This document shows, in pieces, positions 1 through 13,394 of a DNA stretch of 64,000 nt. Every line of letters starts with the position of its first letter. The first letter of the stretch is position 1. The stretch comes from Leptogorgia sarmentosa (lineage: Eukaryota). The translations under genes and the position numbers were made by a program. The stretch spans positions 558,001 to 622,000 of the forward strand of contig OZ210885.1 of NCBI GenBank assembly GCA_964658305.1, given 5' to 3'. The notes below the pieces were generated by a model. That model was not told the DNA's origin, did not search any database, and worked only from the letters and a program-made list of their open reading frames with translations.

Positions 1-1166
1 GCTCTTATTTAAGTAACAACAAGTTAGTATATATATAATGCGACGATGAAAAACAGGATTGTCAGCCGTCAGGATCCAAATCATCCAATGATTCATTTTC
101 CAATCATATCGTTATTTCCTCATGCATAATTTGTCAAATGTCAACGTAACAATGTTGTTATTGAGCCATGCGTGTAATAATGCTAAACAATATTGTTGAC
201 AACTATGAAGAAGGCAGGTGGCACAATATACTATTTTCAACAATACTGTTTTCATTAACCCGTTAAACAAGCTGATACTTTCTTGCCGCTGGCTCCTGGA
301 TGGACGACAACGTAAAAGCTGGAAATGCCTATGACCCCACTGACAAATGTTTCAACTTGCGATATATTCATTATTGCGCAGAAAAAATGCTAGGTTTCAG
401 TTCCCAAACTAATTTCTTTTAATGAAAACCAGACTCCCCCCCCCCCAGTCCCCTCTTAACTCTTAACTCTCCGCTTAATTTGAAATTAGTGAAACACGCC
501 AAACGACCACAACCATCCTCCGCCACACATCATCATTACTGATGTAAATATTACTCATGTAAACATTATTGATGTAAACATTATTGATTTAAACTAGCAA
601 CTACCGGGTATCGCCAATGCTTTGGACAGCTCAAAACGCAAATAACTTCGTTACATGGTTTGTTGCGAGGAAGCTAGCTTATTCAGCTTTATATTATGCA
701 TGTGAAAATTATTAGGCATGACAAGAGTCCAAGGTAACTCTATTAGTAAAAACCGTAAAGCCATCAGAATGTGACATTGTATATAATAGTTAAATTAATT
801 TAAGGCTTCTTTGGCCCGGCTGAGAATGCTAAAATCATTCTTATGACCCAATGTTTTGCATAATCAGGTTTAGAGTGTTTTTTTTTTCAACCGACGCACC
901 ATGGGTGTCTACCACATGCAAACAAAATATAATTATTGCCTGCTTGATTTCACACGTCGCACGAAAATGAGAAATAAAGGAAATTACATACCCATGATTA
1001 TAATATATATTCAGAAAAGCAACTATAATGTTGTAAATTTGAATACCTAATTGTCATTAGAATGTTTTCGAAAAAAAAGTTTTCTGTAAATAATGAAAAA
1101 TAAAAATTAGAAGTGAAAATTAAATATTTTTGGCATTGGCCTTGTCGTGTTGGATGGGGTCAGCAG

Positions 1167-1766
1167 CAAGGGACGCGGAAGCATCTGAAAAGTGGGAGGG
1201 GGACACCACCAAAAAAGGGCACCTGCCACGACGCGATGCCTATATGTTCGTAGCCCTAGCCCCTGCTTTTGCAGTACTTGAATCCCCTGCAAACAGTTTG
1301 TCAACTGCAGCTATCTGAGAAACAGAAGATTTAAACGTTAAGTTTGTTTATTGCTGCTTTATTCAATTCCTTGCCATTGTGAACTTTTTTTGATATTACA
1401 TTGTACACGACCACCAGTTTAGAACTGAAAGAATACCAATTATACTACTTTATATACATTACGAAGACCGCCGCCTATTTATCGCAATGGGCAACGAATC
1501 ATGCAAATATGTAATGTGAGAACTGAGCATTATGCAATATTTCAGTTTAAATAATATAAAGTAGGGCATTATGTATATTTAAAGCGACAAACTACTGTAC
1601 ACTCCGTAAAAAACTGACATTAATGATTAATCACATTATTATATCAAGCGCACACTATATGACACAAAAAGGGCACAAATCTAATCGAAAAAAGGGCCCA
1701 TTAATTTCTCGTTTTCAAAAGGTGGGGGGGGGGGGGCCGTGCCCTAGTGCTCCCCCCAGTCCCTTG
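1167..1766. mobile_element. Non-autonomous hAT-like element (about 600 bp)
   Basis: Termini CAAGGGAC...GTCCCTTG form an inverted repeat, flanked by an 8-bp direct repeat GTCAGCAG (1159-1166 and 1767-1774). Subterminal AAAAGGGCAC motifs occur near both ends. Confidence 0.75.
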
Positions 1767-1774
1767 GTCAGCAG

Positions 1775-1936
1775 CAGTGGCGTAGCCAGAACGATAATTG
1801 CGGGGGGGGGGGGCATATTCATATATTCGTGTTCACATACCATAAAAACAATGGATTTGAAAAGAAATTAATAACGCAGAACATGAATATATGAATATGG
1901 GCCCCCCGCCCAATTATCGTTCTGGCTACGCCACTG
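1775..1936. mobile_element. hAT-type MITE
   Basis: Long TIR CAGTGGCGTAGCCAGAACGATAATTG...CAATTATCGTTCTGGCTACGCCACTG with 8-bp TSD GTCAGCAG (1767-1774, 1937-1944). Confidence 0.9.
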
Positions 1937-2312
1937 GTCAGCAGGGGTAGTTATCTCCGCTTCATCGTTAACGTATTTAACATTTTCAACTTCTGATAAG
2001 GGTTTTCAATTACTTATAAAGGCTATATTACACAGGCCAATGAAGGTTTTCACACCGGCCACATATTGAAGTTTGTTTTCAAGTTACTGATATCGGCACG
2101 GTTAACCGCGTACTGCTGCATGGTAACATAAGTTTTGTGCTAAAATTAAAATAACTTACAATTTAATAATAATATTATATATTCTGTTCCGAACGGCATT
2201 CATGTATAAATTTTTAATGATATGAACATTCGAAAGATGAATCGAAACAGCTAGTCATAACTCCTGCATTAAAATAAGTCACTTAGGCTGGTACGCTGTA
2301 GATGAGAAAAAA

Positions 2313-4854
2313 ATGGATAAAATGTTTCTACTGATTGGCGTTTTCTTGCTCACGGCAATAACTTACACACTGGTTGCGGGAAACTGCTCAAGATACACAG
2401 CACATATTAAAGATACGAGCTTGCAGGATCGTGTCATTTCAGGCCATGTATTTAAGACAATAACTGGCGTAAATTTTGGAGAATGCTTTCGGCATTGTGG
2501 CCAAACATGTCATTGTCGATCGTTCAACTTGAGGCTTGATAGTAACGGCATTTGCGAGTTGAATGACGTTGATAAAGAAGAAGCACCACGAGCTTTGCGT
2601 GTAAGGAAAGGTTTTATACATGTTTCATTCAAAGCATTGACAGAGGTGAGCCATATTGTGATACGATTATTAATAATATAATATGAATCACTTTAGCTAA
2701 GTGTACTGTGAAGTAAGCTAAGCAAGCATATTGTTTTCCCTCTACATTTTCATCGTGAAAACATTTTGCCTTGATGTCTAATTTGAAGCTGTAGTAAATT
2801 CTTAAATAGAACTGAACATTTGCATTTGAAAAATCGTACGGTTTTCGAAAGGGAAAAATTAAAGAATGTGAAATTGTTTTTGTATGTCAATACGTTAACT
2901 TTTTAAATTTACATGTATTAGGCCACACCATTTTTCTCATGAAATTATAATGACTGCATGTTCAATTCTTTACTTTTCTTCAACTTCAAGTGACATCGAG
3001 TAAATAACAATATGAATATTACGTTTTCTCGTCCACAGCAACCAGATATGGTAGTGTTGATTTTTCGTTCACATTTTTACAGTATAGCTGGCTGAATAAA
3101 ATATAAATGAAACGCCCTGCAGTTGAATTTAGCGGCAATAATTTTTCAGCAATAACCGTCTATAATTTCTTTAGACACTCCTTTCAAATCACCGCTGCCT
3201 CTTGCCTGAAGGTTCTAGACTGGAGTATAATATAAAAATACGAATTGGGAATTCAGTGCACTCTTTCGATGATGACCTATTTCGGACTGGAAGTCTCTTT
3301 CTCGTCAGTCATTAACAAATTGCGAAAACCTTGTTCCAGGCCAAAAAAATAATAGTGAACGCATAATTATCGAAAATGTTTTTTTACTGATCTTTGAATT
3401 TAGTTCAATATATAACATAGATAGAACAACTAGACGTACAGAGGACGAAACAGGAGAACTTTGAATATTTCTTTCCTATGACAAGAAATAATTTTGTTGA
3501 TCAATTTTTCACTTTCACATTCTAGTCAACATGCACAAAGTCGGCTGAAGTATGTTGTGTTGAAAATCCTTGTAAAAATCAAGGAATATGCGTTCCAGAG
3601 ATACGCTTTGGTAAGAAAAGCTTTTCCTGTAAATGTTCGCCAGGATTCACCGGAAAGTTATGCGATGTACAAGTGAGAGGTTGCAAAGACTACCTTCGAG
3701 GGAACGAGTCAGCCACATCCGGAGATTATGAACTTTTCGTGAGCGAACTACAACTGACAAAAACTGTTTACTGTTATTTTGATCTCGTGAATATGGAAGT
3801 GTGGACTCTTGTGATGTCTTACTCATTTTCTTATCAAGGCAATATGGATAATTTGCCATTTCAGAAAGATAACCCAATCAACGAAGACAATCCTGCATTT
3901 AATTACTACCGTGCCTCGCATGCTTTGATGACATATTTGAAAAATGAAAGTACTTTCTGGCGAGCTACATGTAACCATGACACCAAACCACATGATGACG
4001 ATTACATGCAAAGTTATTTCACAACCTTGGACATCATGACCTATAATGGTAAGAAGCTTCTATTTTACACATGCGCAAATATTATATCTCTACTTCAAAT
4101 TCTCCAATGACGATATTTCTATCACGCCTGACGTCATCACTTATCGAGCCTGGGGAAGGTGGACTGGGATGGAGCATAATTCGCGTAAACAGAAAGAAAA
4201 GACGCACGACTAGGGGGAAGGTGTATAATATATCATTTGTAGACTCTCCGTTCTGTATTAACCTCAGGGGTAAAGTATTAACCTCAGGGGTAATATTTCC
4301 AATGGGGAGGCCTCGAGAACTATCATCGCTGAGTATAACTTTCGCCGCCACCCCAAACGCACGCAGGGTTGACTATAAATGATAAATGTGGCAACCGCAT
4401 AAATACTCTCTAAATTCAAGCGATTGAAAATTCAATCTATTTATCCGTAAAAACAATCTTTTTGGGATTGTTTTCTCGGACCGTTTTACGAAGTTGAGAG
4501 CGATTTCAAGATTGTCTTAATATTTTTGATATACGCTTTGTATAGCACTGACGATTTTTTTTATTAAAATTAAATTTGTTATTTTCTACTTTACAAGAAC
4601 ATAGATGTGCTGCTCTGGATGTCGTCAAAGTCGCCAACACGACTCACAGTCCTGCTAACACTTTTGTGGTTCAAGATGGGATGAGAATATTTGATATAAT
4701 CACAACCTATGGAGAAACAATGTGTACATCTCCTTTGAAATTACCATATGAAAACGACGGACTCTTTGGATGGTTCTCGTTACCAGTTCCCCAACATGGC
4801 TGCGCTGCATCACCTGATTCAACAACACAGTACTGGTTTGGAGTAAAATTGTAA
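2313..4854 (+). CDS. Secreted PAN/apple + EGF + fibrinogen-like domain protein (3 exons)
   Basis: join(2313..2645,3526..4048,4598..4854), GT-AG introns with consistent phases (0,1). Signal peptide MDKMFLLIGVFLLTAITYTLVAG; PAN motif CFRHCGQTCHCRSFN..CELN; EGF CVENPCKNQGIC..CKCSPGFTGKLC; fibrinogen-N-like GCKDY..SGDY..VYCYFD..WTLVMSY; ends STTQYWFGVKL*. Confidence 0.85.
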
Positions 4855-5439
4855 TCTGCCAATGCTGTTGCAAATTCTAAAGCCCGAAATGCTTGCACGT
4901 GTAGCAACCAGTATGGAGAAAAGTTCGATCCTTTGGTCGCATGAACATATATGTCTGTTTGAAAAGTTATTCATTTTGAAAATTAATCTTAATTCATAAT
5001 TATATCCCACAAACTTGATTTGCGTTGAAACTGCATGTACGATGAAGTTGGTACGTACGTTTCGGTATCATATCGTTTTTTCTTTTTCCAATATTAATTT
5101 TCTCGGCCAGTTTTGTTACAGATATGATTCTTTGCTGCAGCAACAGTTTTCGATTTGAAATGGTCAGTTTTGAGTGTTGTGTTGGAATCTTTCAAAGTGT
5201 TTCTTTGAACTTCGCTAACCTCACTAAGTGTTTTGTGATTTCGCATTTCTGGTATTAGAGCTCTCATTCACTTTGCAAATAATTCCGACAAGTTTATATT
5301 ATTGTCATGTAAACAAGAATCTGAAAAATTTAGAAAAAACAAAAATCAAAAATGATATATTATGCAATTCTGACATGTGAAAACAATTTTCAAACCAAAA
5401 TCATTTTCACCAATCACGAGTTTGGTGAACACATGTACA

Positions 5440-5570
5440 TATCATTGAAATAATAGATATAGAATGCAATAATATCATTGAAATCATTGAAATCATTAAA
5501 ATAATACATATAGAATGCAATAATATTTAAATCATTAAAATAATAGATATAGAATGCAATAATATCTGGG
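5440..5570. repeat. Imperfect short tandem repeat (TCATTGAAATAATAGATATAGAATGCAATAATA-like, about 3 copies)
   Basis: Directly visible. The paralogous segment near 10248-10272 carries only one unit. Confidence 0.7.
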
Positions 5571-6450
5571 AAATCTTTGAAATAATGCGTGCTGGTATTA
5601 TTTTTCTCTCAGTGATAAAATACGCTGTCTGTACCTATTATCTCTATGATAGATATGCACTCGCACATTTGTATTGCATGCACTCGCATATAATGTTGAA
5701 AACCATTGTATAATGGAGTTATGGAGGATAAACTTGCACTCCTTCATCTTCGCACTTATCAGGTGTATAAATAGCCGAGCAGAATATGGACCAGGATCTG
5801 CTGTTTAAATAGATTAATACCGCAAGTCTTTCTTTTATTATAAATGCACATGTACATATATTTGAAGTAGGCCTGTAATGTAAATAAATGTTTGAAATAC
5901 AAATGTTGCATGTTTTTGCATAAAGTTAGTTTTCAAAAGACTTAATTTATTGACTTAATAATTTTCACATACAAAAACCTGAAATTGTTCTCTTTTTCTT
6001 CCCTAAATTACATTAAGTATTTTCAAGTGCAACCGAATTTTAATAATCATTAAAAATAGACTATAGTTTATTTAAATGCTCCAATGCTCCAATTTGCATG
6101 TATCTGTGTTACATATAATGTAGATAATGAATTCTAACTTTGAGAAAAGGATTTTGTAGAAAGAAAGTTGCTGTAAAATTGGTTGGCTTATTTTCAACTT
6201 GGGAAAGATGGAAATGACCACTCAGTTTGAATATGGTGGAATTTTATGAAATAGAATGCTATGAAATGATGAAGACATTCTCCACTGATTCCACTGCTTA
6301 TGTAAATGCATATGACTCCAAAAAGGGGCACGTTTCTGCTTCTGCAAGCCTAATGCTGAATATATATTTGCCATTGGTGTTTTATGCAAAATATCACTTG
6401 CTTACAAATACATGCGCCATTGTATAATAGAGTTGAAGAGGATAACCTTA

Positions 6451-6642
6451 AGGCTCGTTCACACGAGCGATATTTTACTGCGTTTTTCTCCTTTTGATAG
6501 ATGTGAATGAGTGGATTAATACGAATGTGCTGAGTGCGTGCTTCCTCATCTAAACATTTCTGACTGGTTTACTCGTTCACATCCGTCAAAAGGTCAAAAT
6601 TCCACTAGAAATCGTGGCGAAATCGCTCGTGTGAACTGGCCT
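6451..6642. mobile_element. PIF/Harbinger-like MITE
   Basis: TIR AGGCTCGTTCACACGAGCGAT / ATCGCTCGTGTGAACTGGCCT, TTA TSD (6448-6450, 6643-6645). The empty site GGATAACC-TTA-CACTC is present in the paralogous copy near 10404-10419. Confidence 0.85.
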
Positions 6643-8508
6643 TTACACTCCTTCATGTTTGCAGTTATCAGCTGTAAATAGCCGAGCAGAATTTGAAACA
6701 GGATATACTGTATAAATTAATAAACACTTCATTCTACTTATTATTACATGATATTTGATGTAAACCTTTTCCTATATGATGTAAATATATGGTTGAAACA
6801 CAAATGTTATATATTTTTGCATAGTTATGCCTCGACAAATCTATGAACACAGAAATGATTTATTGACTTAATAATCTTCACATACGAAAAAACTTGAAAT
6901 ATGTTCCATTATCCCATAATCATATAAAACATAATGAACACGGAGACGAGCTTTAAACGCAACCATAAAATTCAACCCTTGTCTCAGGATAACCTGCTCT
7001 CGACTGTTGTGGCCACACACGCATATACCGAGTACGAACGGGAATATCAAAAGAGTGCTTAACGATGGATGTCTTATCTGTGTTTGCCTGAAAAATCTAG
7101 AAAAAATAATTATGACATTAATTAATTCTTTGAAGTTTACAAACAAAATATCTTAATAATGGACACTTCTTTCTTGTGGACAGACACGTATAGTAACTTG
7201 TTTTCTTATTAAAACCAGGACGTCTAAAACAATGGGCGGTGAAACACCAGTGTAGGCTTTTAGACATGTGTGCATGATGCACAGACCCCCCACGCGATCG
7301 AAATACTTTCGCAGTGGATGATCGTATTTCAAGATGGCGGAAGGCTGCCTGAGCAATGGCCAGAGTGAGGAAGAATTGGGGGTAGAAGAAATGTATGAAG
7401 AATATTGCAAGGTTTTTTACTTTTTTAATAGCATTCGTAGTTTTCTTTGTACACTATTTTGTGTATTCAGATCAGTTTTGGATATTCATGAGTTTATTTT
7501 TCCCGCCTTTCGTTTTTTGTTTACTCCTCCTATTCCCCTGAGCAGTTTTATATTCTGTAAAGTTTTTCGTTTGTGGAATTTGAGCGAAAATTGTGAAAAA
7601 AAGTTAAAAAGTTGTGCTACTGTACTCAGGTCAAGTGGATCTCATTAGTCAAGGCAGTCATTGTGCAATTTTCCAGCTTAGAGAGCCACAGCAAGCATCT
7701 CAATTTTTTATGGAAATTTCATCTTGAAATATTCGATGCCGACATAGCGGCGTGGTCAGGGGGCTACTGCAAAGTAACATAAGATTTTCTTATATTACAA
7801 CTCACATAATTTCTAAATACATTATATAATTAAAAATTTACCCTTTATACTTGGCCGCCATTTTGTGCATGGAGACAAAATTTCGACTGAGAAAAGATAG
7901 GAGCACGCATTCTATATAGTGTTTATTCATTTTCAACTAACACCTCTTAAGAGCCGAATTGCGTAACAGGGCCTTAAAAACTTCACCTGTTGTGAGTTTA
8001 AGAATTAGGATTAAAATTTGGCCAATATCTCAGCATTTATGGATATTTATCTAGCCTACAGAACTTGGATGAGGAGAGATGCTTTGAAAGCGCGATGATA
8101 CGGAATTTTTGGAAGCGGTTATACACTGTAGCAAGTATTCAGGAAGAATTCACCAGCTTAGTTTTGACATGCAAACGTGATTCCTTAGGGTGGTTCAATA
8201 CAGTATGGTATTATTGGTAAAAAAATAGGAAACAAAGGTTTAACCTGATACTTCTAAGAAATAAACATTGGGTCAAATTATCTTTACTGTATGGAGACAC
8301 CTTAAGAAAGATATGCTCAAATTGATACCTTTCTGGCAATTACTAGCCATAGAGATCAATAAAAAATTCTCTAACACTTATACTTTGTATACCTGATTCT
8401 TTCCCGCTTCTTGAAAAAAATACCAGTTTGTCCCGTCAGAACTATAGGAAATCGAGTATGACGTCATCCAATGATTTTCTCTGCAACTTCCCTGTGTAGC
8501 TATTCCCG

Positions 8509-8660
8509 TTACAGTAGTTGAGTGGTTAAATTCAACCTGAAGCCAGGAGTTAGTCTTCCATACGAAGGTTGATGGTAATTGTCGTGATAAGAAGACGCAG
8601 TAATAGCTTGATTTGGTATTTTACCACTCTCCATTCCTAATGCCTTCGACGATAGACAAT
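8509..8660 (-). pseudogene. Isolated F5/8 type C (discoidin) exon fragment
   Basis: Acceptor ttttgccag then CLSSKALGMESGKIPNQAITASSYHDNYHQPSYGRL, a typical discoidin-domain start. Similarity decays and a stop follows; no further exons were found. Confidence 0.65.
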
Positions 8661-9674
8661 CTGGCAAAAGAAATAAAATGGCAATGAAACAAGCATAATG
8701 TGCATGCAAATCATGCCACTACGTGGCTTTCCGAAACTCAAGCCGCATCCCAAGTGCATGGATGCACAAAATTTCCCGGCTTTAAGATCATTCGAAGAAT
8801 TACCAGAATCACAAATTTTGGAAACTTATAAGGAAACATGTACATAGAATATACTGTGGTTGTACTAGAACATTCTTATTATATCTTACAATTACTTCTA
8901 AAAAAGTTGATTTGATTAAATGCCAGATTTTTCAGTTTAAGTATTTCGCTTTAGTCATGCATCTTCCTATCGATCGCTCCCTCCCAGTTTTCATAGTTCT
9001 ATCCTCATTTCCTTTATGGCCATTGCTATACCCTATCGCCACACGCATGCCAAAAATATATGTTAAAAATAAGAAACTCTGTAAGATCACCCCTAATGCA
9101 ACATCTGACGCATGTAAATTAGCGCGGTTCAGATTTGACTTGTCTAGATAATTATACAGGTGGAAATTTATACTCAGTTCAGCCGATTTTTTTCAATTTG
9201 GCTGAAACGCATCACCTGGAAACGCATTTCACTTTCGCATGGGATTGAGAATTTCGCAGGCACAAAATATTAACAGTCTTAAGATTATACGAATTATGAA
9301 TGTCTGTATAGCTAAATCCTTGTAATCGATTTGTAATCATTGACTCAACAACTACTGGTAACACTTGCCTGTTATTTTATTCGAACAGAAAGTTTTATAT
9401 GCCATAATATGTTTTTCAACATCATTAGCGATATCTTTACAGCAGTTGGAAGGGTACTACCAGCAGCGCACAATGTTGTGTTTGCTTCAATCTTCTTGTC
9501 AACCAAGGATTTTATAGACTCACAACAGATGGCGATACTAAGTGTAGCTGTTAAATGAAAAGCCACGAAAAACTGCAATGATAATTTTTGCCATTTTTCT
9601 GCAGTTGTTCTGACCCATCTTCAACTCGATTCGAGTGTAATGTGATATAAAAAGTTTCCGTTTCAGCATTGTAA

Positions 9675-10671
9675 CCCAACATGGCTGCGCTGCGTCACCT
9701 GATTCAACGACACAGTACTGGTTTGGAGTAAAATTGTAATCTGCCAACTCCTGTTGCAATTTCCAAAGCCACAAATGCTTGGAAATGTGTGGAGAAAAGT
9801 TTGTGATTTCGATCCTTTGGTCTGTTTGAAATGTAAAGTTATTGAGTTTGAAAATCAATCTTAATTCATATTTGTATCACACAAATTTGATTTGCGTTCA
9901 AAGTTCTGTAATATATTTATAAACATCGATCATGTAAAGTTGGTAGCGACGTTTCAGTATCACATCGTGTTTTTCTTTTCCAATATGAATTTTCTCGGCC
10001 AGTTTTGTTACAGATATCATGATTCTTCGCTGCAGCAACAGCTTTCGATTTGAAATGGTCAGTTTTGAGTGTTGGCATCATTCAATGCAGAATTGCAAAT
10101 AATTGCGACGAGTTTATGCTATTGTAGCTAACGTAAGCAAGAAATCTGAAAATTAAGGAAAACAAAAATCAAAAATGATTTTGCAGTTGCATTTTTGACA
10201 ATGTGAAAACAATTTTCAAAACAAAATCATTTTTCCGCCAATACACGTCATTGAAATAATAGATATAGAATGGGTGCTCCTATTTTCTCTCTGTGATCAA
10301 ATGCGCTATATATTATCTCTGTGATGCTTATGCACTAGCACATTTGTATATATCGCATGCACTCACATATAATGAGAAAAACATTGTATAATGGAGTTAT
10401 GGAGGATAACCTTACACTCTATAAATAGCCGAGCAGAATATGGACCAGGATCTGCTGTATAAATTAATTAATACCGCAGTCTTTCTTTTATTATAATTGC
10501 ACATGTACATATATTTGAAGTAGGCCTGTAATGTAAATAAATGTTTGAATACAAATGTTACATGTTTTTGCATAAAGTTAGGCTTCATGAAGACCTAATT
10601 TATTGACTTCATAATTTTCACATACAAAAACCTGAAATTGTTTTCTTTTTTCCCCTAAATTACATTAAGTA
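9675..10671 (+). repeat. About 1-kb direct segmental duplicate of 4790-6019, including the last about 20 codons of the PAN-EGF gene (9675-9739)
   Basis: QHGCAASPDSTTQYWFGVKL* and the downstream region match closely. A third partial copy lies at about 6416-6900. Confidence 0.9.
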
Positions 10672-10709
10672 AACGAAATATACTGAAGTTGCAGCCAGGG
10701 ATAATGATA

Positions 10710-10962
10710 ACCGAAAAATTCTAGTTATTCCAACTGCAAATTCTCTTACATCGGACAAACGAAACGAGCTGTTTACAAACTGGACGGAAACTCAAAAATA
10801 GTTCAACACATTAACTTACATAACCACACAATGGATTTTGAAAACGTAAAAGTCCTCAACAGAGCACCCAATTATCATCAACGATTATTCATAGGGCATT
10901 CCTACCCAAGTTCAGGCAATGACCATATAGACTTTCCCGATGTGTACTTATCCCTTTCTTAG
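10710..10962 (+). mobile_element. Degenerate Penelope-like element, GIY-YIG endonuclease remnant
   Basis: Translates, with frameshifts, to SNCKFSYIGQTKRA...HNHTMDFENVKVLNRAPNYHQRLFI...SGNDHIDFPDVYLSLS*, the characteristic PLE C-terminus. Confidence 0.7.
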
Positions 10963-11937
10963 TCACTAGTAATTAACATATAATTATATTTTAATATAAA
11001 TGAAGTACAATAAACCCAGGTTCAACCAACACATTGAACTTGATTTTGATCGTTACACCTGATTGCGGGCTGATTCGGGCCTAATAATGCGGAACAATAT
11101 TGTTAACAACTAATAACAATGTAGACTGCACAACATCATTGCATCCTGATCTATTGAACCTTGAGCAAGTGTTACAGGTGTTTGTAATATAGATGGGAGG
11201 CGATTGTTATATAGGCTTATAGTTTGTAGCCCAATTTATTAATGAGGAAATTAAACCGAAAAATCTTAGTCCCTTAAATAAAGTATCAGCGTGTGCAAGC
11301 TCCGCTGATAGCGATAGTGCATGGGCAAAGTTTGCAAAAGGTGGACTTGAGAATTGTCAAGTTCCAGCAATAGGTTCGCAGCTAATTAGAATGTACACAC
11401 TATGTACTATATAATTTAATTGTCACTAGTGTGAAATGTACTTCTCGCCTAATCCTGAAATACAACGTCCTGAAATGAGGGACCGACATCCAAATAATTT
11501 ACCTTTCGTAACCATGAATTGATTAGCGTCGCAGTGCAAACGCCTTTACATGAATGCCGGAAAGCAACATTGATATTTTCAATGATTTTACTGCATGCAG
11601 CGGCTGGAAAAGCACCTTCAAGAAAGAAAATAACGTGTATAAAGTGTAGGAACCCACAGGCCTGAAAGGCTGCGTTGAACCTAATATACTGAAACAATAT
11701 TTTAGCCTACGAAAAGCCGTTTTAATTCTTTTTTAACTGAGAATGGGTCAATATATAACAATTAAATACAGTGCGGAGTATAACTTAATTGCTGCTGAAT
11801 ATCGAATATATTTCAATCGTACAATGACACCTGATAAATGTGTCACTTTGAGAATCCCTATATATTTCTTGCACAGGCAGCACAGCGCATATACAAGTAG
11901 AGTCTCGTGAAGCAAACGTTTGTACGACACATCAGGA

Positions 11938-12879
11938 ATGAATGCCACAAGTGAAGAATTCTTCCAGCAGTGCGTTATGTTGAACTCACGGTATGAAATT
12001 TTGGTAAAGATGCCATCGAAAGCACATTTCAACAACATGATCAGTGCCTGTTCAGTTTTTACGTTTTTAATCCTACCCACGATTTTCCTCAATGGCATAT
12101 CTGTTTTCACGATAATGAAATGCCCCCAACTGAAAGAAAAGATTCCTTATTTCCTGATAATGGTTCAATCACTGGCTGATTTAGCGGTAGGATTTGTCGG
12201 TTTACCTTCATTGAGCTACCTTTGTTTCAGTCAAGCGTTGGGTCACGCAGATTGCATCAGGCAGCGGTTGATAGTAAACATTATGATTCTTCCATTTCTA
12301 ATATCTTTAATAACGTTAACAGTAATGAGTATTGAACGATACATCAGCATTGTACATCCCATCAAACATCGTAACATGGTGACAAAAAGAAGAATCAAGC
12401 ATTTCCTGGTTGGCGGATTCTTGTTGATGCTAACAGCAACGATCACCTTATCTTTTCTCCAAAGTCAGATGTTTGAAAGATTTTTAATTATTTGCATGTT
12501 GCTCTTTATACTCCTTGCACTATTTGTGTACACAAAGATTTTTCTCGCTATTAAAAAGCTAAATCCTCCTGGGAATATTGGAGATATTTCCACGTCGAAT
12601 GGCCAAAATCAACGTTCGTTTTTGAAGAAGATTCAACAGGGGAAATCCTGTTTCCTTGCTGTGGGATGCTTCCTTGGTTGTTTTCTTGCAGGGATCTGCT
12701 TACTTGCCACTGTATCCTATGTTGATAAAGTACACTTTGTCGGACTCAGGGCATGGGCAGGAGCAGTTATGAACTTAAACTCAAGTATAAACTCAATAAC
12801 ATTTTTCTGGACCAGACCATTACTGCGTAACGAGACATTTAAAATTCTCAGAAACTTGTGTACTTCAAGAAGACATTAA
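11938..12879 (+). CDS. Intronless class A (rhodopsin-like) GPCR, orphan
   Basis: First ATG gives MNATSEEFF with an N-glycosylation sequon. Seven hydrophobic segments, TM1 N, TM2 LADL, TM3 SIERY, TM7 NSSINSITFFW. Confidence 0.9.
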   Translation: MNATSEEFFQQCVMLNSRYEILVKMPSKAHFNNMISACSVFTFLILPTIFLNGISVFTIMKCPQLKEKIPYFLIMVQSLADLAVGFVGLPSLSYLCFSQALGHADCIRQRLIVNIMILPFLISLITLTVMSIERYISIVHPIKHRNMVTKRRIKHFLVGGFLLMLTATITLSFLQSQMFERFLIICMLLFILLALFVYTKIFLAIKKLNPPGNIGDISTSNGQNQRSFLKKIQQGKSCFLAVGCFLGCFLAGICLLATVSYVDKVHFVGLRAWAGAVMNLNSSINSITFFWTRPLLRNETFKILRNLCTSRRH

Positions 12880-13220
12880 CATTGGTGTAAAAGTTTCCAA
12901 CATGCATCTGATAAACAGTTGTATTATGACTTAACAATCGATGAAGTTAAAAATGTGGGATTAAATATAGATCAGGTTTATGGACGGCCCTGCACTCAGC
13001 ACATAGTACACCAAACGCCGCTGAAATATCTCGTGCACCTTCCATACCTTAAATTATTTATAGGCTCTAAGCCAATGAAAAAAAAAACAGAGAATGCGGT
13101 AGAATGAATAATTCATGTATTGATTTTTAACGAGAGAAGATAATACTCTTCAAAAAGCCAAAACTGCATCAAACTTTTATTTTACTTTGAATTTCCAATT
13201 ACAATAAAAGTCCATTAATT

Positions 13221-13394
13221 TTAAGTCCCTGGGTCATCATTTCTCCCGACGAGACATTCTCCATTACTTTGTGGATTTGCACAATACATAGTATATAAAC
13301 AATTCCAACACTGTGCGTCATCATTACACGGCATGTGGTTGTGCGGGCAGTTCAATTGAGCAAGTTTTCTTATCTTCAAGTGACCAGGGTTTAA
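13221..13394 (-). CDS. 6-Cys secreted peptide family, copy A (intact exon 2, no adjacent exon 1)
   Basis: Acceptor ttttatag then LNPGHLKIRKLAQLNCPHNHMPCNDDAQCWNCLYTMYCANPQSNGECLVGRNDDPGT*. Inverted paralog of 22377-22553. Confidence 0.7.
   Translation of the reverse strand, partial: LNPGHLKIRKLAQLNCPHNHMPCNDDAQCWNCLYTMYCANPQSNGECLVGRNDDPGT

Noticed and set aside
8957..9554. Possible decayed small secreted gene (MHLPIDRSLPVFIV.. near 8957; exon-like RYLYSSWKGTTSSAQCCVC..KCSC* near 9429-9554)
   Set aside because: Needs a frameshift and passes stops; no recognisable family or paralog in the window.
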